A DNA stretch of 64,000 nucleotides from a candidate division WOR-3 bacterium. Its GTDB lineage: Bacteria; Hydrothermota; Tepidihabitantia; Tepidihabitantales; Tepidihabitantaceae. A program made the position numbers and the translations under genes. Positions within the stretch are counted from its first letter, which is position 1; every line of letters begins with the position of its first letter. Below the pieces are notes generated by a model. The model was not told where the DNA came from. It saw nothing but the letters and a program-made list of their open reading frames with translations, and made no database searches. Positions 29,091 to 38,846 of the stretch are shown here, in pieces. The stretch spans positions 96,001-160,000 of the forward strand of contig CBFGKH010000002.1 in assembly GCA_965649295.1 (NCBI GenBank), given 5' to 3'.

Positions 29091-29905
29091 GCCTTACCCA
29101 CTGACGCAAAGGCCCAGCCGTCTTTAGTACGCTTGAGATAGATTTGCTGGCCCCGGTTACGGCCAAATGAGCCGAAATCACGACGGCGGCTGGGCAACAG
29201 GTCAACCGCCACAACCGCCACCGTCTCCAACACCCGCACGCCCGAAATTGCCATCACGAACGGCGGTGGCTGCAACCGGCAGCGAGCGGTGAGTTCATCA
29301 GCGGTCAGCCAGATTAGCACGGTTTTGTCAACGCTGGGGATACGCACCGCAGTCGTTTCGCGCTGCAGCATTAGCAGTGTGTCCGGACGACGGAAGTTGC
29401 GTCCCAGCCGACTGAGCCCGGCTGGCGAGAGGGCGTGACGGAGTGCCGCCTCGATGACAAGGCGGACGTTGGCAGTGTCCTTGCGGCCGTAGTCGAATGA
29501 GCGGTCGAGCAGGCGCGACACCCAGACGAGCTGCCAGCCGGTGTTGGTGCGAATCCAGCTCTGAAACAGGTATTGATAGTCGCGGGCGCGTTCAAAAACA
29601 ACCCAGGTCGAGACGTGGCCGCCGAGGCCGGTGACTTCTTCGACCCGCCGCCGAGCGCGAGCGATGGTCCGGCCGGCAAACCAGCGCTGGAACGCCGAGT
29701 CAAAGCGGGCAAATGAGTGCTCTTGCCGAAACTCAGGGCAGAACAACTGGTAGATGTCTTGGCTCCGGCCGGCGACAAGCGCCTCGGTGAATTGTTGCGA
29801 GCGGACGCCCAGTTCGAGATTGTCCTGAAGCCGGCCAGCCCGCAGTAAGCCAAAGGCTGCCACCGTGACGATGAGCAGAACGATACGGAGGCAGCCTTTT
29901 TGCAT
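29084..29905 (-). CDS. Hypothetical exported protein (NTF2/DUF3887-like N-terminus)
   Basis: Long ORF with an N-terminal TM, overlapping the downstream gene start. Confidence 0.6.
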   Translation of the reverse strand: MQKGCLRIVLLIVTVAAFGLLRAGRLQDNLELGVRSQQFTEALVAGRSQDIYQLFCPEFRQEHSFARFDSAFQRWFAGRTIARARRRVEEVTGLGGHVSTWVVFERARDYQYLFQSWIRTNTGWQLVWVSRLLDRSFDYGRKDTANVRLVIEAALRHALSPAGLSRLGRNFRRPDTLLMLQRETTAVRIPSVDKTVLIWLTADELTARCRLQPPPFVMAISGVRVLETVAVVAVDLLPSRRRDFGSFGRNRGQQIYLKRTKDGWAFASVGKAW

Positions 29906-29919
29906 CAGTACGGACCCAG

Positions 29920-29995
29920 CGGGCTCGACCGGATTTGAACCGGCGGTCTCTGCCGTGACAGGGCAGCGTGTTAAACCAAGCTACACTACGAGCCC
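29920..29995 (-). tRNA. tRNA-Asp (GTC), CCA not encoded
   Basis: GGGCTCG acceptor, CTGCC-CT-GTC-AC-GGCAG anticodon arm, GGTTCAAATCC T-arm. Confidence 0.95.
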
Positions 29996-30003
29996 AGCAC
30001 AGG

Positions 30004-30032
30004 ATAATATTCGGCAGCAGCGACTGTGTCAA
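30004..30032 (-). promoter_or_regulatory. sigma70 promoter of tRNA-Asp
   Basis: TTGACA-N17-TATTAT just upstream of the tRNA. Confidence 0.75.
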
Positions 30033-30101
30033 ATCACCGCAGTCGAGGCGAGAGCGTGACGACAGCGCCACCGTGGGGCGGGGAGTCCTTGCCATCAGGC
30101 G

Positions 30102-30959
30102 TTGGCTTGCTATCATCAGCCAGTAGTGCCATTTTCTGGTTTGCCTTTCGCCCGAAGTATTGTCGGCCAGGCTAGCAGGCCGGCGGCTGGCGGTTTTGTC
30201 TGGCAGCCGACGCGGATTGGCCCAAGGTTTGAGTGGCTCGACCACGAGCGGATTCGGATTTGTGAAGGTCGGCTTGCCGGCCGAAGTTTCTGGCTGATTA
30301 CCGATGTCCGGCCAGACCGGGCCGCGGGTAAGCTCTTTTCGCGGGATGTCGAGGTTGGTTCGATCGCGATTGAGCGCAACCCACCGGGCCGCGGTGTCAT
30401 TCTTTGGGATGTGGGGATCAGACCAGAGCTGCGTGGCTACGGACTGGCCTCGATTTTGACGTGGTGTATGTTTCGCGAGCTACTTGGCGATCAGGAGGAG
30501 GCGACGTTTCGCATCCGGATGGTGCGCTCCTTGCGAGCCGGGGGTAGAGGAAGCGGGGTTCAGAATGTTGGGATGTGTGTGATTGCCAGCCGGCTCGGTT
30601 TTGTGCCGGATTTGGACCTGGATGCGGTGCTGCAGCCGGACAATGTGCTGAAGACAAACCTGTTGCCGGCTCGCGATGAGAATCCGCCGGGCTTGGAGCT
30701 TGTGCTGGCAACCGACCCGCTAGTGCTGGTCTGTCTAGTACTTGACCCGGACACCGGCAGGCCGGTGCGCAGTACTGGTGTCTATCTCCAGTTGCTGCGC
30801 GAGGGGGGGGTGACGCCGGAACTGGTGCGGCGGGGGGTGATAACGATCACCAACGGCAATTTCAAGTTGCCGGCCGACAGCATTGGTCGGTTCGTGAACC
30901 GGATTGCGGTTGATGCCGACGAGGCCCAGCAGTTTCTTTCTAAAATTCAGGGTCTCTAG
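30102..30959 (+). CDS. Hypothetical protein with GNAT-like motif
   Basis: VGIRPELRGYGLAS resembles GNAT motif A. Confidence 0.55.
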   Translation: MACYHQPVVPFSGLPFARSIVGQASRPAAGGFVWQPTRIGPRFEWLDHERIRICEGRLAGRSFWLITDVRPDRAAGKLFSRDVEVGSIAIERNPPGRGVILWDVGIRPELRGYGLASILTWCMFRELLGDQEEATFRIRMVRSLRAGGRGSGVQNVGMCVIASRLGFVPDLDLDAVLQPDNVLKTNLLPARDENPPGLELVLATDPLVLVCLVLDPDTGRPVRSTGVYLQLLREGGVTPELVRRGVITITNGNFKLPADSIGRFVNRIAVDADEAQQFLSKIQGL

Positions 30960-31014
30960 GTCAAGCCAACGTCAGCAAGACAAGCGATTGTAAATTGTAA
31001 CTTGAGGAGCTTTA

Positions 31015-33111
31015 GTGGCGAGAGAGTTTCCGCTGGAACGGGTGCGTAATATCGGCATCATGGCCCATATTGACGCGGGCAAGACGACGGTGTCAGAACG
31101 GATTCTTTTCTACACCGGTAAGTCGCACAAGCTGGGCGAGGTTCACGATGGCGAGGCGATAATGGACTGGATGCCGCAGGAGCAGGAGCGGGGCATTACG
31201 ATTACCAGTGCCGCGACGACGACGGTCTGGCGTGGTCACCAGATAAATCTGATTGACACGCCTGGTCATGTTGACTTCACGGTTGAGGTCGAGCGCAGTT
31301 TGCGGGTGCTCGATGGGGTGGTGGCGTTGTTTTGCGGGGTGGGTGGCGTGGAGCCGCAGTCGGAGACAGTGTGGCGTCAGGCCGAGAAGTATTCGGTGCC
31401 GCGGATTGCGTTTGTGAACAAGTTGGACCGGCCGGGCGCCGATTTCTATAGCGTGGTGGAGCAGATCCAGGCCGAACTGGGCGCGAATGCGGTGCCGGTG
31501 ACCATTCCGATTGGAGGCGAGGAGAAGTTTGCCGGCATTGTTGACTTGGTCAGTGATGTCGCAATCTACTATGACGACACCGATTACGGAATGACTTGGC
31601 GGGAAGAGGCGATTCCGAACGAGCTGATCGAGACGGCGCGACATTGGAAGCAGTATCTGCTGGAGAAAGTGAGCGAGGTGGACGATAGGCTGCTGGAGTT
31701 GTTCTTGCACGACAGGCCGATTGGTGCTGAGGAGCTGACAGCGGCAATCCGGGGGGCCACGCTCAAACACCAGATTGTTCCGGTCATCGGCGGGTCGGCG
31801 TTTCGGAACAAGGGGATTCAGCGGCTGCTCGATGCGATTGTCGCTTATCTACCCAGTCCGGCCGATTTGCTGCCGACGGTGGGGGTGCATCCGGGCGGGG
31901 AGGAGGTGTTGCGGTTTCCGTGGGATGAGGGTCGGTTGGCAGCGTTGGCGTTCAAGGTGGTGGCAGATAGGCATGTGGGGAAGCTGGTCTATGTGCGGGT
32001 CTATTCCGGGACGTTGCACGCCGGTTCTTATGTTTACAACTCGACCCAGCAGCGTGACCAGCGGGTTGGCCGGTTGTTGCGGATGCATGCGAATCGGCAG
32101 GAGGCGATTGCGGCGTTGTATTCGGGCGAGATTGGCGCAGTGGTCGGGCTTGCGGAGACGGTGACCGGGGATACGATTTGCATCCGCGAGGCGCCGATTG
32201 TTTTGCAGGCGATTGAGTTTCCGGCGCCGGTGCTTTCGGTTGCGGCCGGGTTGCGCGACCGCAAGGATCGGGAGAAGCTGGGCCAGGCACTGGTCCGGCT
32301 AGCTGAGGAGGACCCGACTTTTGTTGTGACGACCGATGCTGAGACCGAGCAGACGGTAATATCGGGGATGGGCGAGCTGCACCTGGAGATTATCATGGAC
32401 CGGCTGAAGCGGGAGTATGGGGTGGAGGTGATTCCGGGCCGGCCGCAGGTTGCCTATCGTGAGACGATTACGAGCCGGGCTGAGGTGAATGAGAAGTTTG
32501 CCAAGCAGACTGGCGGTCGCGGCCAGTTTGCGCACGTGGTCATGGAGCTTGTGCCGCTGCCGGCCGGGCAGGGGTTTGAGTTTGTGAACAAAGTGGTATC
32601 GGGCCGGATTCCGAAGGAGTACATTCCGGCGGTGGAGAAGGGAGTCATTGACGCGATGCAGCGAGGCGTTGTCGCTGGTTTTCCGGTGGTGGATGTGCGG
32701 GTGACGCTTTTGGATGGGAGTTATCACGAGGTGGATTCGTCGGATATCGCTTTTCGAACCTGTGCGGCACGGGCGTTTCGGCGCGGGTTTCGGGCGGCAA
32801 GCCCGGAGCTGCTTGAGCCGGTGATGAGTGTCAATGTGGTGACGCCGGAGGAGTGGGCCGGGGCGATTATGGGTTCGCTTTGTAATCGGCGGGGAGTGAT
32901 TACCGGCATGGACGTGCAGGGCGGAGCGAAGGTGATTCGGGCAACGGTCCCGCTTTCGACGATGTTTGGGTATGCGACCGAGGTGCGGAACCTGAGTCAG
33001 GGCCGGGCGACGTTTACGATGCATTTTGAGCATTATGAGGCGGTGCCGTATAGCATCGCCGAAGAGATTATTGCGGCGAGGAAGAAGGCGAAGGGAGAAG
33101 AGGAGGAGTAG
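31015..33111 (+). CDS. fusA: Elongation factor G (stand-alone copy)
   Basis: [51 protein letters not shown]. Confidence 0.97.
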   Translation: MAREFPLERVRNIGIMAHIDAGKTTVSERILFYTGKSHKLGEVHDGEAIMDWMPQEQERGITITSAATTTVWRGHQINLIDTPGHVDFTVEVERSLRVLDGVVALFCGVGGVEPQSETVWRQAEKYSVPRIAFVNKLDRPGADFYSVVEQIQAELGANAVPVTIPIGGEEKFAGIVDLVSDVAIYYDDTDYGMTWREEAIPNELIETARHWKQYLLEKVSEVDDRLLELFLHDRPIGAEELTAAIRGATLKHQIVPVIGGSAFRNKGIQRLLDAIVAYLPSPADLLPTVGVHPGGEEVLRFPWDEGRLAALAFKVVADRHVGKLVYVRVYSGTLHAGSYVYNSTQQRDQRVGRLLRMHANRQEAIAALYSGEIGAVVGLAETVTGDTICIREAPIVLQAIEFPAPVLSVAAGLRDRKDREKLGQALVRLAEEDPTFVVTTDAETEQTVISGMGELHLEIIMDRLKREYGVEVIPGRPQVAYRETITSRAEVNEKFAKQTGGRGQFAHVVMELVPLPAGQGFEFVNKVVSGRIPKEYIPAVEKGVIDAMQRGVVAGFPVVDVRVTLLDGSYHEVDSSDIAFRTCAARAFRRGFRAASPELLEPVMSVNVVTPEEWAGAIMGSLCNRRGVITGMDVQGGAKVIRATVPLSTMFGYATEVRNLSQGRATFTMHFEHYEAVPYSIAEEIIAARKKAKGEEEE

Positions 33112-33282
33112 GGCGAAGGGCGAAATGAGGCGACTCTGAGGGCTGTGCGCCTCGGGATAGCGGTAGGGTTACGTCATTCCGACACCGAGGAGGAAGTGCG
33201 GAGTCAGGAATGCAAAATGAGAAGTAAGTTGTGAGGGAAGAGGAATGTTGACAGTTGGTTTGGGAAGGGGAGAATCTGTTTT

Positions 33283-33870
33283 GTGTCATTGAGTCGCAAT
33301 GTCCGCGAGACCTTTTTCACCTTGGGCTATGTGCTGTTTGGTGTCGCCGGCGCGGTCGCAGCCGGGTTTCTGACCTACGGCGCCAAATTTGCCGGTTTTC
33401 CGCGACCGATGCTACCGTTCCTGATTGTCGGGTTGGTCTATGCCCTGATTCATGCGGCGGTACAGATGAGCGGGTTCGGGATGGTGCTGCTCGTCTTCGT
33501 ACTTTTCTTTCTCGGCCAGCTTGCTTTGGCCGGTTCGTTGCGCGGGCCGGCACTGGTTGAGAAGGTGGTTGGGGCCGCTATCTATGTGCTGCCAATCGGT
33601 TCGGCGCTGATCCTCAGCGCCTATCTCTTTCGAACGCTGGGCCGTATCCCTATCGGCAAGTTTATCATCAGTGCGGTGGTAGTTGCCTTTGGGTTTGTGG
33701 TAATGGTGGTGCTCTGGCTCGTGCGACAGGGTGCTGGGCTGGCGTTGCCGGTCTTGGGAGCGCAGGCCTGGATTGGGGCTAAGATCGGAGCCGGGATTGG
33801 TCTTGGGCTGGAGCTGGTTGAGGCCATTGGCGGCAAGCGGCCGAGTCCGCCGGGCATGCCCGAGTCTTGA
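33283..33870 (+). CDS. Hypothetical multi-pass membrane protein
   Basis: About six hydrophobic segments; TTGACA-N16-GAGAAT 7 nt upstream. Confidence 0.65.
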   Translation: MSLSRNVRETFFTLGYVLFGVAGAVAAGFLTYGAKFAGFPRPMLPFLIVGLVYALIHAAVQMSGFGMVLLVFVLFFLGQLALAGSLRGPALVEKVVGAAIYVLPIGSALILSAYLFRTLGRIPIGKFIISAVVVAFGFVVMVVLWLVRQGAGLALPVLGAQAWIGAKIGAGIGLGLELVEAIGGKRPSPPGMPES

Positions 33871-34376
33871 CACTGGCCGAGATTCTCGAGTGGCACTGGC
33901 GGCGCTATCCGCTGCTCGGCGCGGCCGACGTTTATAAGCTCGTTCATCAGGGCGCGTTCGGGCCCGGGCACATTGTCGCAAGTCCGGCCGCAGCGTTGGC
34001 GAATCTCTGGACCGAGATTGGCCGGCTCGAACCCGGGAACGCGCCGGAGACGGTTGATACCGAGCCGCTGGACCCGACAGGTCAGTTTATCCGCGTCAAT
34101 CTGCTGCCGTTGGTCGGTAACAACGAGAAGATTTCCCGGCTTGGTGAGGCACTGGTGCAGAGCAGTCGGGTGCAGGGAACAGTCTCGATAATGAAGGAGC
34201 GACTGGCGATTGCCGCTGACTGGTTTGCCGGTGTTATGCCCGAGATTGGCCAGCAGCTCGGGCAGATTGCTGGCGATGCCGAGTTGGCCGGCTTTCCGCC
34301 GCTCCATCACACTGCGGTCTATATCCGGGCCTTTCAGCCGGCCTATCGCGTCGTTCTCGCTGAACTCTGGTCCTGA
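33867..34376 (+). CDS. Conserved hypothetical protein
   Basis: HWRRYP..DVYKL.HQ..FGPGH and HH..Y...F.PAYRVV motifs; start overlaps the upstream stop. Confidence 0.75.
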   Translation: MTLAEILEWHWRRYPLLGAADVYKLVHQGAFGPGHIVASPAAALANLWTEIGRLEPGNAPETVDTEPLDPTGQFIRVNLLPLVGNNEKISRLGEALVQSSRVQGTVSIMKERLAIAADWFAGVMPEIGQQLGQIAGDAELAGFPPLHHTAVYIRAFQPAYRVVLAELWS

Positions 34377-35001
34377 CCCCGACGCGGCAGCACAACGCTG
34401 CTACCGGGCACTCATCGCACTTCGGGTTGACTGGCCGACAGATTGTCTGGCCGAGCGCGACCAAAAGATAGTTCCACTCGCGCCAGCGGCGGCGCGGCAG
34501 CACCTGCTGTAAGGCCTGCTCGGTGGCCTGCGGCGTGCTAGTGCTGACGAGGCCGAGACGGTTTGATATCCGGTGGACGTGCGTGTCAACAGCGATGGCG
34601 TCCTGACCGAAAGCATTGGCGAGGACGATATTGGCGACCTTGGGGCCGACACCGGGCAGTAGCAGCAGTTCGGCCTTGGTAGCCGGCACCCGGCCCAGCG
34701 CGACGAGCTGCTGTGCCAGTTTGGGCAGGAGTCGGGCCTTGGTGCGATAGAAGCCGACCGGGTAGATGAGTCGGGCGATGCTGTCAACCCGGAGCCGGGC
34801 AAGGGCCGCAGGAGTTGGCGCAACCTGAAAAAGCCGGGCAGCAGCCTGGGCAGTTACCGTATCCTGAGTTCGGGTCGAAAGGACCGCTGCTACCAGCACC
34901 GAATACGGCTCGCGCTGAGGCATCGCCTTGACCGGTGCGGCGAGACTGGGCAGGGCTGCTTGCAGTTGCGCAACGATGCGCCGGACATGGTCTTTGGGCA
35001 A
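34234..35001 (-). CDS. nth: Endonuclease III (HhH-GPD, 4Fe-4S)
   Basis: LSTRTQD, LPGVGPKVAN, AVDTHVHRISNRLG, CRPVNPKCDECPVAALC. Confidence 0.92.
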   Translation of the reverse strand: MPKDHVRRIVAQLQAALPSLAAPVKAMPQREPYSVLVAAVLSTRTQDTVTAQAAARLFQVAPTPAALARLRVDSIARLIYPVGFYRTKARLLPKLAQQLVALGRVPATKAELLLLPGVGPKVANIVLANAFGQDAIAVDTHVHRISNRLGLVSTSTPQATEQALQQVLPRRRWREWNYLLVALGQTICRPVNPKCDECPVAALCCRVGVRTRVQRERRDRPAERPGYRPQCDGAAESRPTRHRQQSARAAGQSRA

Positions 35002-35015
35002 AGGTGTGGTGGGGG

Positions 35016-35423
35016 CTAGAAGATAAGTGCCCAGAGCACGAGCATCCCGGCAGTGAAGATGGTGGTGAGGGCAGCAACCATCAGCAGAGGGTGGATACGC
35101 ATTGCTCCCGAAACCTCGCCGGAGCGGCTGCGAGTGAAGGTGACGAGCGCGGCAGCGAGGGCGAGGACCATCGTGATAATGGCGAGGGGTAGGTGGCCGG
35201 TCAACCGGGTATCAAATCCCCGGCCGCGCAGGTCGGCAGTCACGAGCAGCCCAATAACAAAGTTGGCAACGGTCAGGAGCAGAAATACGATTGAGCGGTG
35301 ACGCTGGGTGGTAAACGGGAAGTCCCATTGGGTGATGCGAGAGAGGCTCGTCTGAGCGGTAACAAGGCCGAGGGCCAAAGTGGCAATCGCCAGCAAGGGA
35401 TGAATGTAACCGTACCAGGGCAT
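35016..35423 (-). CDS. Four-TM membrane protein with His residues (DUF4079/cytochrome b561-like)
   Basis: YIHP, RH, TGH and IHP in four hydrophobic segments. Confidence 0.65.
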   Translation of the reverse strand: MPWYGYIHPLLAIATLALGLVTAQTSLSRITQWDFPFTTQRHRSIVFLLLTVANFVIGLLVTADLRGRGFDTRLTGHLPLAIITMVLALAAALVTFTRSRSGEVSGAMRIHPLLMVAALTTIFTAGMLVLWALIF

Positions 35424-35487
35424 ACTTCTCCTAGGCTAAGAGCCGGTCAATACTCTGGGACGCGCAACCGTATCGCACATAACGGCA

Positions 35488-35558
35488 AGCGGCCAACGGG
35501 AATCGAACCCGTGTAGCCGGCTTGGGAAGCCGGAGCTCTACCCCTGAGCTATGGCCGC
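35488..35558 (-). tRNA. tRNA-Gly (CCC), CCA not encoded
   Basis: GCGGCCA acceptor, CCGGC-TT-CCC-AA-GCCGG anticodon arm, GGTTCGATTCC T-arm. Confidence 0.95.
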
Positions 35559-35727
35559 AAACGACGGCACTGCTGGCGCTACTGGCGATAGCAGTTCGCT
35601 AGGGTGAATCGTAGTCACCGCTGTCCGAGTGTCAAGTGCGGTAGCGGCGAGTAGCCAAAGATATGGCAGTCGTGGTGGCCACTGGCAGTGGTCAGATTGA
35701 CTATTTCGGTATTGCCGATAAACTCAC

Positions 35728-37203
35728 ATGATGTCTCGGTCTTTGGCCTGGTTGCTCGTCGGGGCGGCTATGGCCAGTGCCATGCCGCCGGTGCGAGCTG
35801 CGGATGCCGAGACGATTTTGCTCCCTGAGCCGGTTTCGCATCAGTCAAGTTTTGCCCTGGTTTCGAACAGCCGCTATTCGGTGTATGCCGGTTTTTCCGA
35901 CTCCTTGCCCCGCACGGTGCTCGGCAATGTTGTCTGGGCAATGGCGCGGGCCTTGACGGTAATCAGTCCGGGGCCGGAATGGACGCTCTATGTGGCGATG
36001 CGCTCCGGTGTCTATCGCTATGAACTGGCTAGCCGCCGACTGGTGCTCTATCGGGCCGGTGACCGGCGCTACAGTTCGGCCTCGGCCTATGAGATTGGAG
36101 TGGCGACCCAGAGTTACGAAGTTGCCGGCGCGGCAGTACAGGCCGGCCTTTTGGCAGCGACAGCCTTTCGCCAGGAGCCGAACCCGCGGGTGGTGGCCTG
36201 TCCGCTCGGCTGGGCCGCCGATAACGCCAATCTCAACTGGGGGGCAGGTTTGCCGATAAGGATGGTCGTGGTGCTCGGTGCGGCCGAGGCACTGCCGCTG
36301 GACTCAGTGGTAATCGCCCGGTCAGCCGATGGCAGTTTGCCCCGGCCCCAAGTGATTGGCCAGGATTCGTTTGTGGCAGTGGTGCGCGATCTCGAACAGG
36401 ACGATCGGTTTCGGCCGTTCCCGCTTTCTGATGCGACGGTTGCTCAGTTGCTTTGGGCTGGACGGGGCGTGACTCCGCATCTGACCTTCAACAATCAGCA
36501 GGGGTTGACCGTGCCGACACTGGCAACCGACCAGCAGGCGATTCGCCTTTATCTGCTGAACGAGCAGGGTCTGGGCCGATATGTCAGCGCTGCGGGTCCT
36601 GTCCATCGGCTGGTCTGGATCGGACGCACCGACCTGCGGCCTGGACTCCGGCTGGCGACTGGTCGAATTCCGAGTTCGGCACCGTGCTATGTCGTGGTGA
36701 CGGTTGCCGACACCGGTTCAGCCAATCTGCTGCTTGAGGCCGGAGCCACTGCCTTTCAGTTGCTCGGTCAGGCGCGGGCGCTGGGGTTGTCAGGCCGACT
36801 GGTGCTGTCGCTGGCAGCGGCCGAGCGGCTGGCAGTCGGCGCGGTGCTCGGGTTAGAGAAAGAGGTCCCGGTTATTGTCTTTGCCGCAGGCGAGCCGGCG
36901 CAGGAAAGATTGGCAGCGAGTCCCGAAGATATTGTTAGTATCGTGCGGGCTGACCCGGCAATCCGGCGCGGGCGGATGGAGCTGCGTTATCTTCTCAAGC
37001 GGTCCGGGCCGGTGCGGGTCGAAGTGTTTGACATGCTCGGGCGGTCGGTGTTGGTGCTGCTTGACGAAGAACAGTCAGCTGGGCTGCACGATGTAAGCTG
37101 GGACGGTACCGGGCCAGACGGCCGTCGCCTCAAACGCGGCACTTATCTCGTTACCGTGTCGGCGCGCGGAGCCGTGGTGCGACACAAGGTCAATCTCGGC
37201 TGA
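35728..37203 (+). CDS. Secreted protein with nitroreductase-like (SagB-type) domains and FlgD-Ig C-terminal domain
   Basis: LSDATVAQLLWAGRG, LLEAG..FQ...QARALGL; C-terminal VFDMLGR...WDGTGPDGRRLKRGTY. Confidence 0.65.
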   Translation: MMSRSLAWLLVGAAMASAMPPVRAADAETILLPEPVSHQSSFALVSNSRYSVYAGFSDSLPRTVLGNVVWAMARALTVISPGPEWTLYVAMRSGVYRYELASRRLVLYRAGDRRYSSASAYEIGVATQSYEVAGAAVQAGLLAATAFRQEPNPRVVACPLGWAADNANLNWGAGLPIRMVVVLGAAEALPLDSVVIARSADGSLPRPQVIGQDSFVAVVRDLEQDDRFRPFPLSDATVAQLLWAGRGVTPHLTFNNQQGLTVPTLATDQQAIRLYLLNEQGLGRYVSAAGPVHRLVWIGRTDLRPGLRLATGRIPSSAPCYVVVTVADTGSANLLLEAGATAFQLLGQARALGLSGRLVLSLAAAERLAVGAVLGLEKEVPVIVFAAGEPAQERLAASPEDIVSIVRADPAIRRGRMELRYLLKRSGPVRVEVFDMLGRSVLVLLDEEQSAGLHDVSWDGTGPDGRRLKRGTYLVTVSARGAVVRHKVNLG

Positions 37204-37270
37204 TAGCGGCCGGTAACTGACAACGGTAAGGCCGGTCAATCGCGCGGCCGAATAAACTAGTGCTGAGAGA

Positions 37271-38845
37271 ATGACAGACAAGCTGAGCATTGGCGTCTGC
37301 GAAAAACTGTTGCCCCACGCGACGCGAGCGGCAGCTGCCGATGTCTTAGTCGTACCGTTTCCAGCCGACTGTAGTAGTATTGGCGCTGTCAGCGGTGCGC
37401 CCCAGCGGGTAATCGGCGGTCGCTGCCTTGCCGGCAGCGAAGTTCCGGGCGTCGTGCGCGTTGACTGGTGCGAACGATGCGACACATCAGCCGATGCCCA
37501 GGCTGCGCTAGCCCTGCTCATCGAGAAGCTGACACTCGAAGAACGACTGACTGCCCAGCGCACTCGGCTCAACACCATCCTCGCCGATGCCTATCGCCGA
37601 CTGACCAACTACGCGCTGGTGCGGGAACTGGTCCAGACCCTCTCTGAGACCCTGGCTGAGGAGAAAGTTGTCGACCGGGTCTTTGACGCCTTCAGCAGCC
37701 TGCTGGCTCCAGAACGGATGCTGTTTGTCGCCCTGAAAGAAGGTCAGGTTGAGCACGTCTGGGCAAGGCCGCCGACAGTGCTGGCAGGGGATAGTCCTGA
37801 GGTCCGCGAGCTGGCCGAGTTCCGGCGGGCCTATGCCTGGACCGAAGACGGCCGCGGATTTCGGCTAAGCATCCGGCACCGGAGCAAAGCAATTGGCACA
37901 ATCGAAGTGCGTGGCATCGCTGCCCCGGAACAGAAAGAGCACTACCTCGACCTCGCTCTCGTTATCACCCGCGTCGCCGGACTCGCTCTCTCCAATGCCC
38001 AGCTCTATCAGGATATGAAGGGGCCGAACCGGACCTCGCTCGAATTCGCCGAAGACCTGCGCGACGCCCTGCTCGCCCGCAAGCGGGCCGAAGAGAAACA
38101 GGCCCAGTTGTTGCGGCAGGTCGAAGCAGCCAACCAGGAGCTGAACGACTTTGCCCATGTCGTCTCTCACGACCTCAAAGCACCACTGCGGGCAATTGAT
38201 ACCTTGGCCCGCTGGGTCCTCGCCGACTACGGGCCAAAACTCGACGCCGACGGCCAAGAACAATTGCGGATGCTCGTGGCCCGGGCCGACCGGATGCGGC
38301 AGTTGATTGACGGCATTCTGCAGTATTCAAGGGCTGGCAGGCTCCGCACCGAACCGGTGCCGGTCAACTTGGCCGAACTGTTGCCTGGCGTCATTGATAA
38401 CCTCTCGCCACCCGCCAATATTCAGGTCACAATCGAAACAGACCTGCCGGTAGTCGGCGGCGACAAGGTGCGACTCGAACAGCTCTTTCAGAACTTGCTC
38501 AGCAACGCCATCAAGTATATGGACAAGCCCAACGGGCTCGTGCGCATCGGCTGCCTCAGCGGTGAGACCGGGCCTGACGGCGGCCCAGGCCAGGGTTTCT
38601 ACTCCTGCTACGTTGCCGACAACGGGCCGGGAATCGCCGAAAAGGACCGGGAGCGGGTCTTTGGACTCTTCCAAACCCTGCGGCCCCGGGACGAGGCCGA
38701 CTCGACCGGCGTCGGGCTGGCAGTCGTCAAGAAGATAGTCGAGACCGGCGGTGGCCGGGTCTGGCTCGAATCAGAACTGGGCGCAGGAACCACCTTCCGC
38801 TTCACCCTGCCCAAGCCGCCGGCCGGCCAAGACGGAGGAGCATAA
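37271..38845 (+). CDS. GAF-containing sensor histidine kinase
   Basis: FAHVVSHDLKAPL, FQNLLSNAIKY, DNGPGI, STGVGL. Confidence 0.9.
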   Translation: MTDKLSIGVCEKLLPHATRAAAADVLVVPFPADCSSIGAVSGAPQRVIGGRCLAGSEVPGVVRVDWCERCDTSADAQAALALLIEKLTLEERLTAQRTRLNTILADAYRRLTNYALVRELVQTLSETLAEEKVVDRVFDAFSSLLAPERMLFVALKEGQVEHVWARPPTVLAGDSPEVRELAEFRRAYAWTEDGRGFRLSIRHRSKAIGTIEVRGIAAPEQKEHYLDLALVITRVAGLALSNAQLYQDMKGPNRTSLEFAEDLRDALLARKRAEEKQAQLLRQVEAANQELNDFAHVVSHDLKAPLRAIDTLARWVLADYGPKLDADGQEQLRMLVARADRMRQLIDGILQYSRAGRLRTEPVPVNLAELLPGVIDNLSPPANIQVTIETDLPVVGGDKVRLEQLFQNLLSNAIKYMDKPNGLVRIGCLSGETGPDGGPGQGFYSCYVADNGPGIAEKDRERVFGLFQTLRPRDEADSTGVGLAVVKKIVETGGGRVWLESELGAGTTFRFTLPKPPAGQDGGA

Positions 38846-38846
38846 A

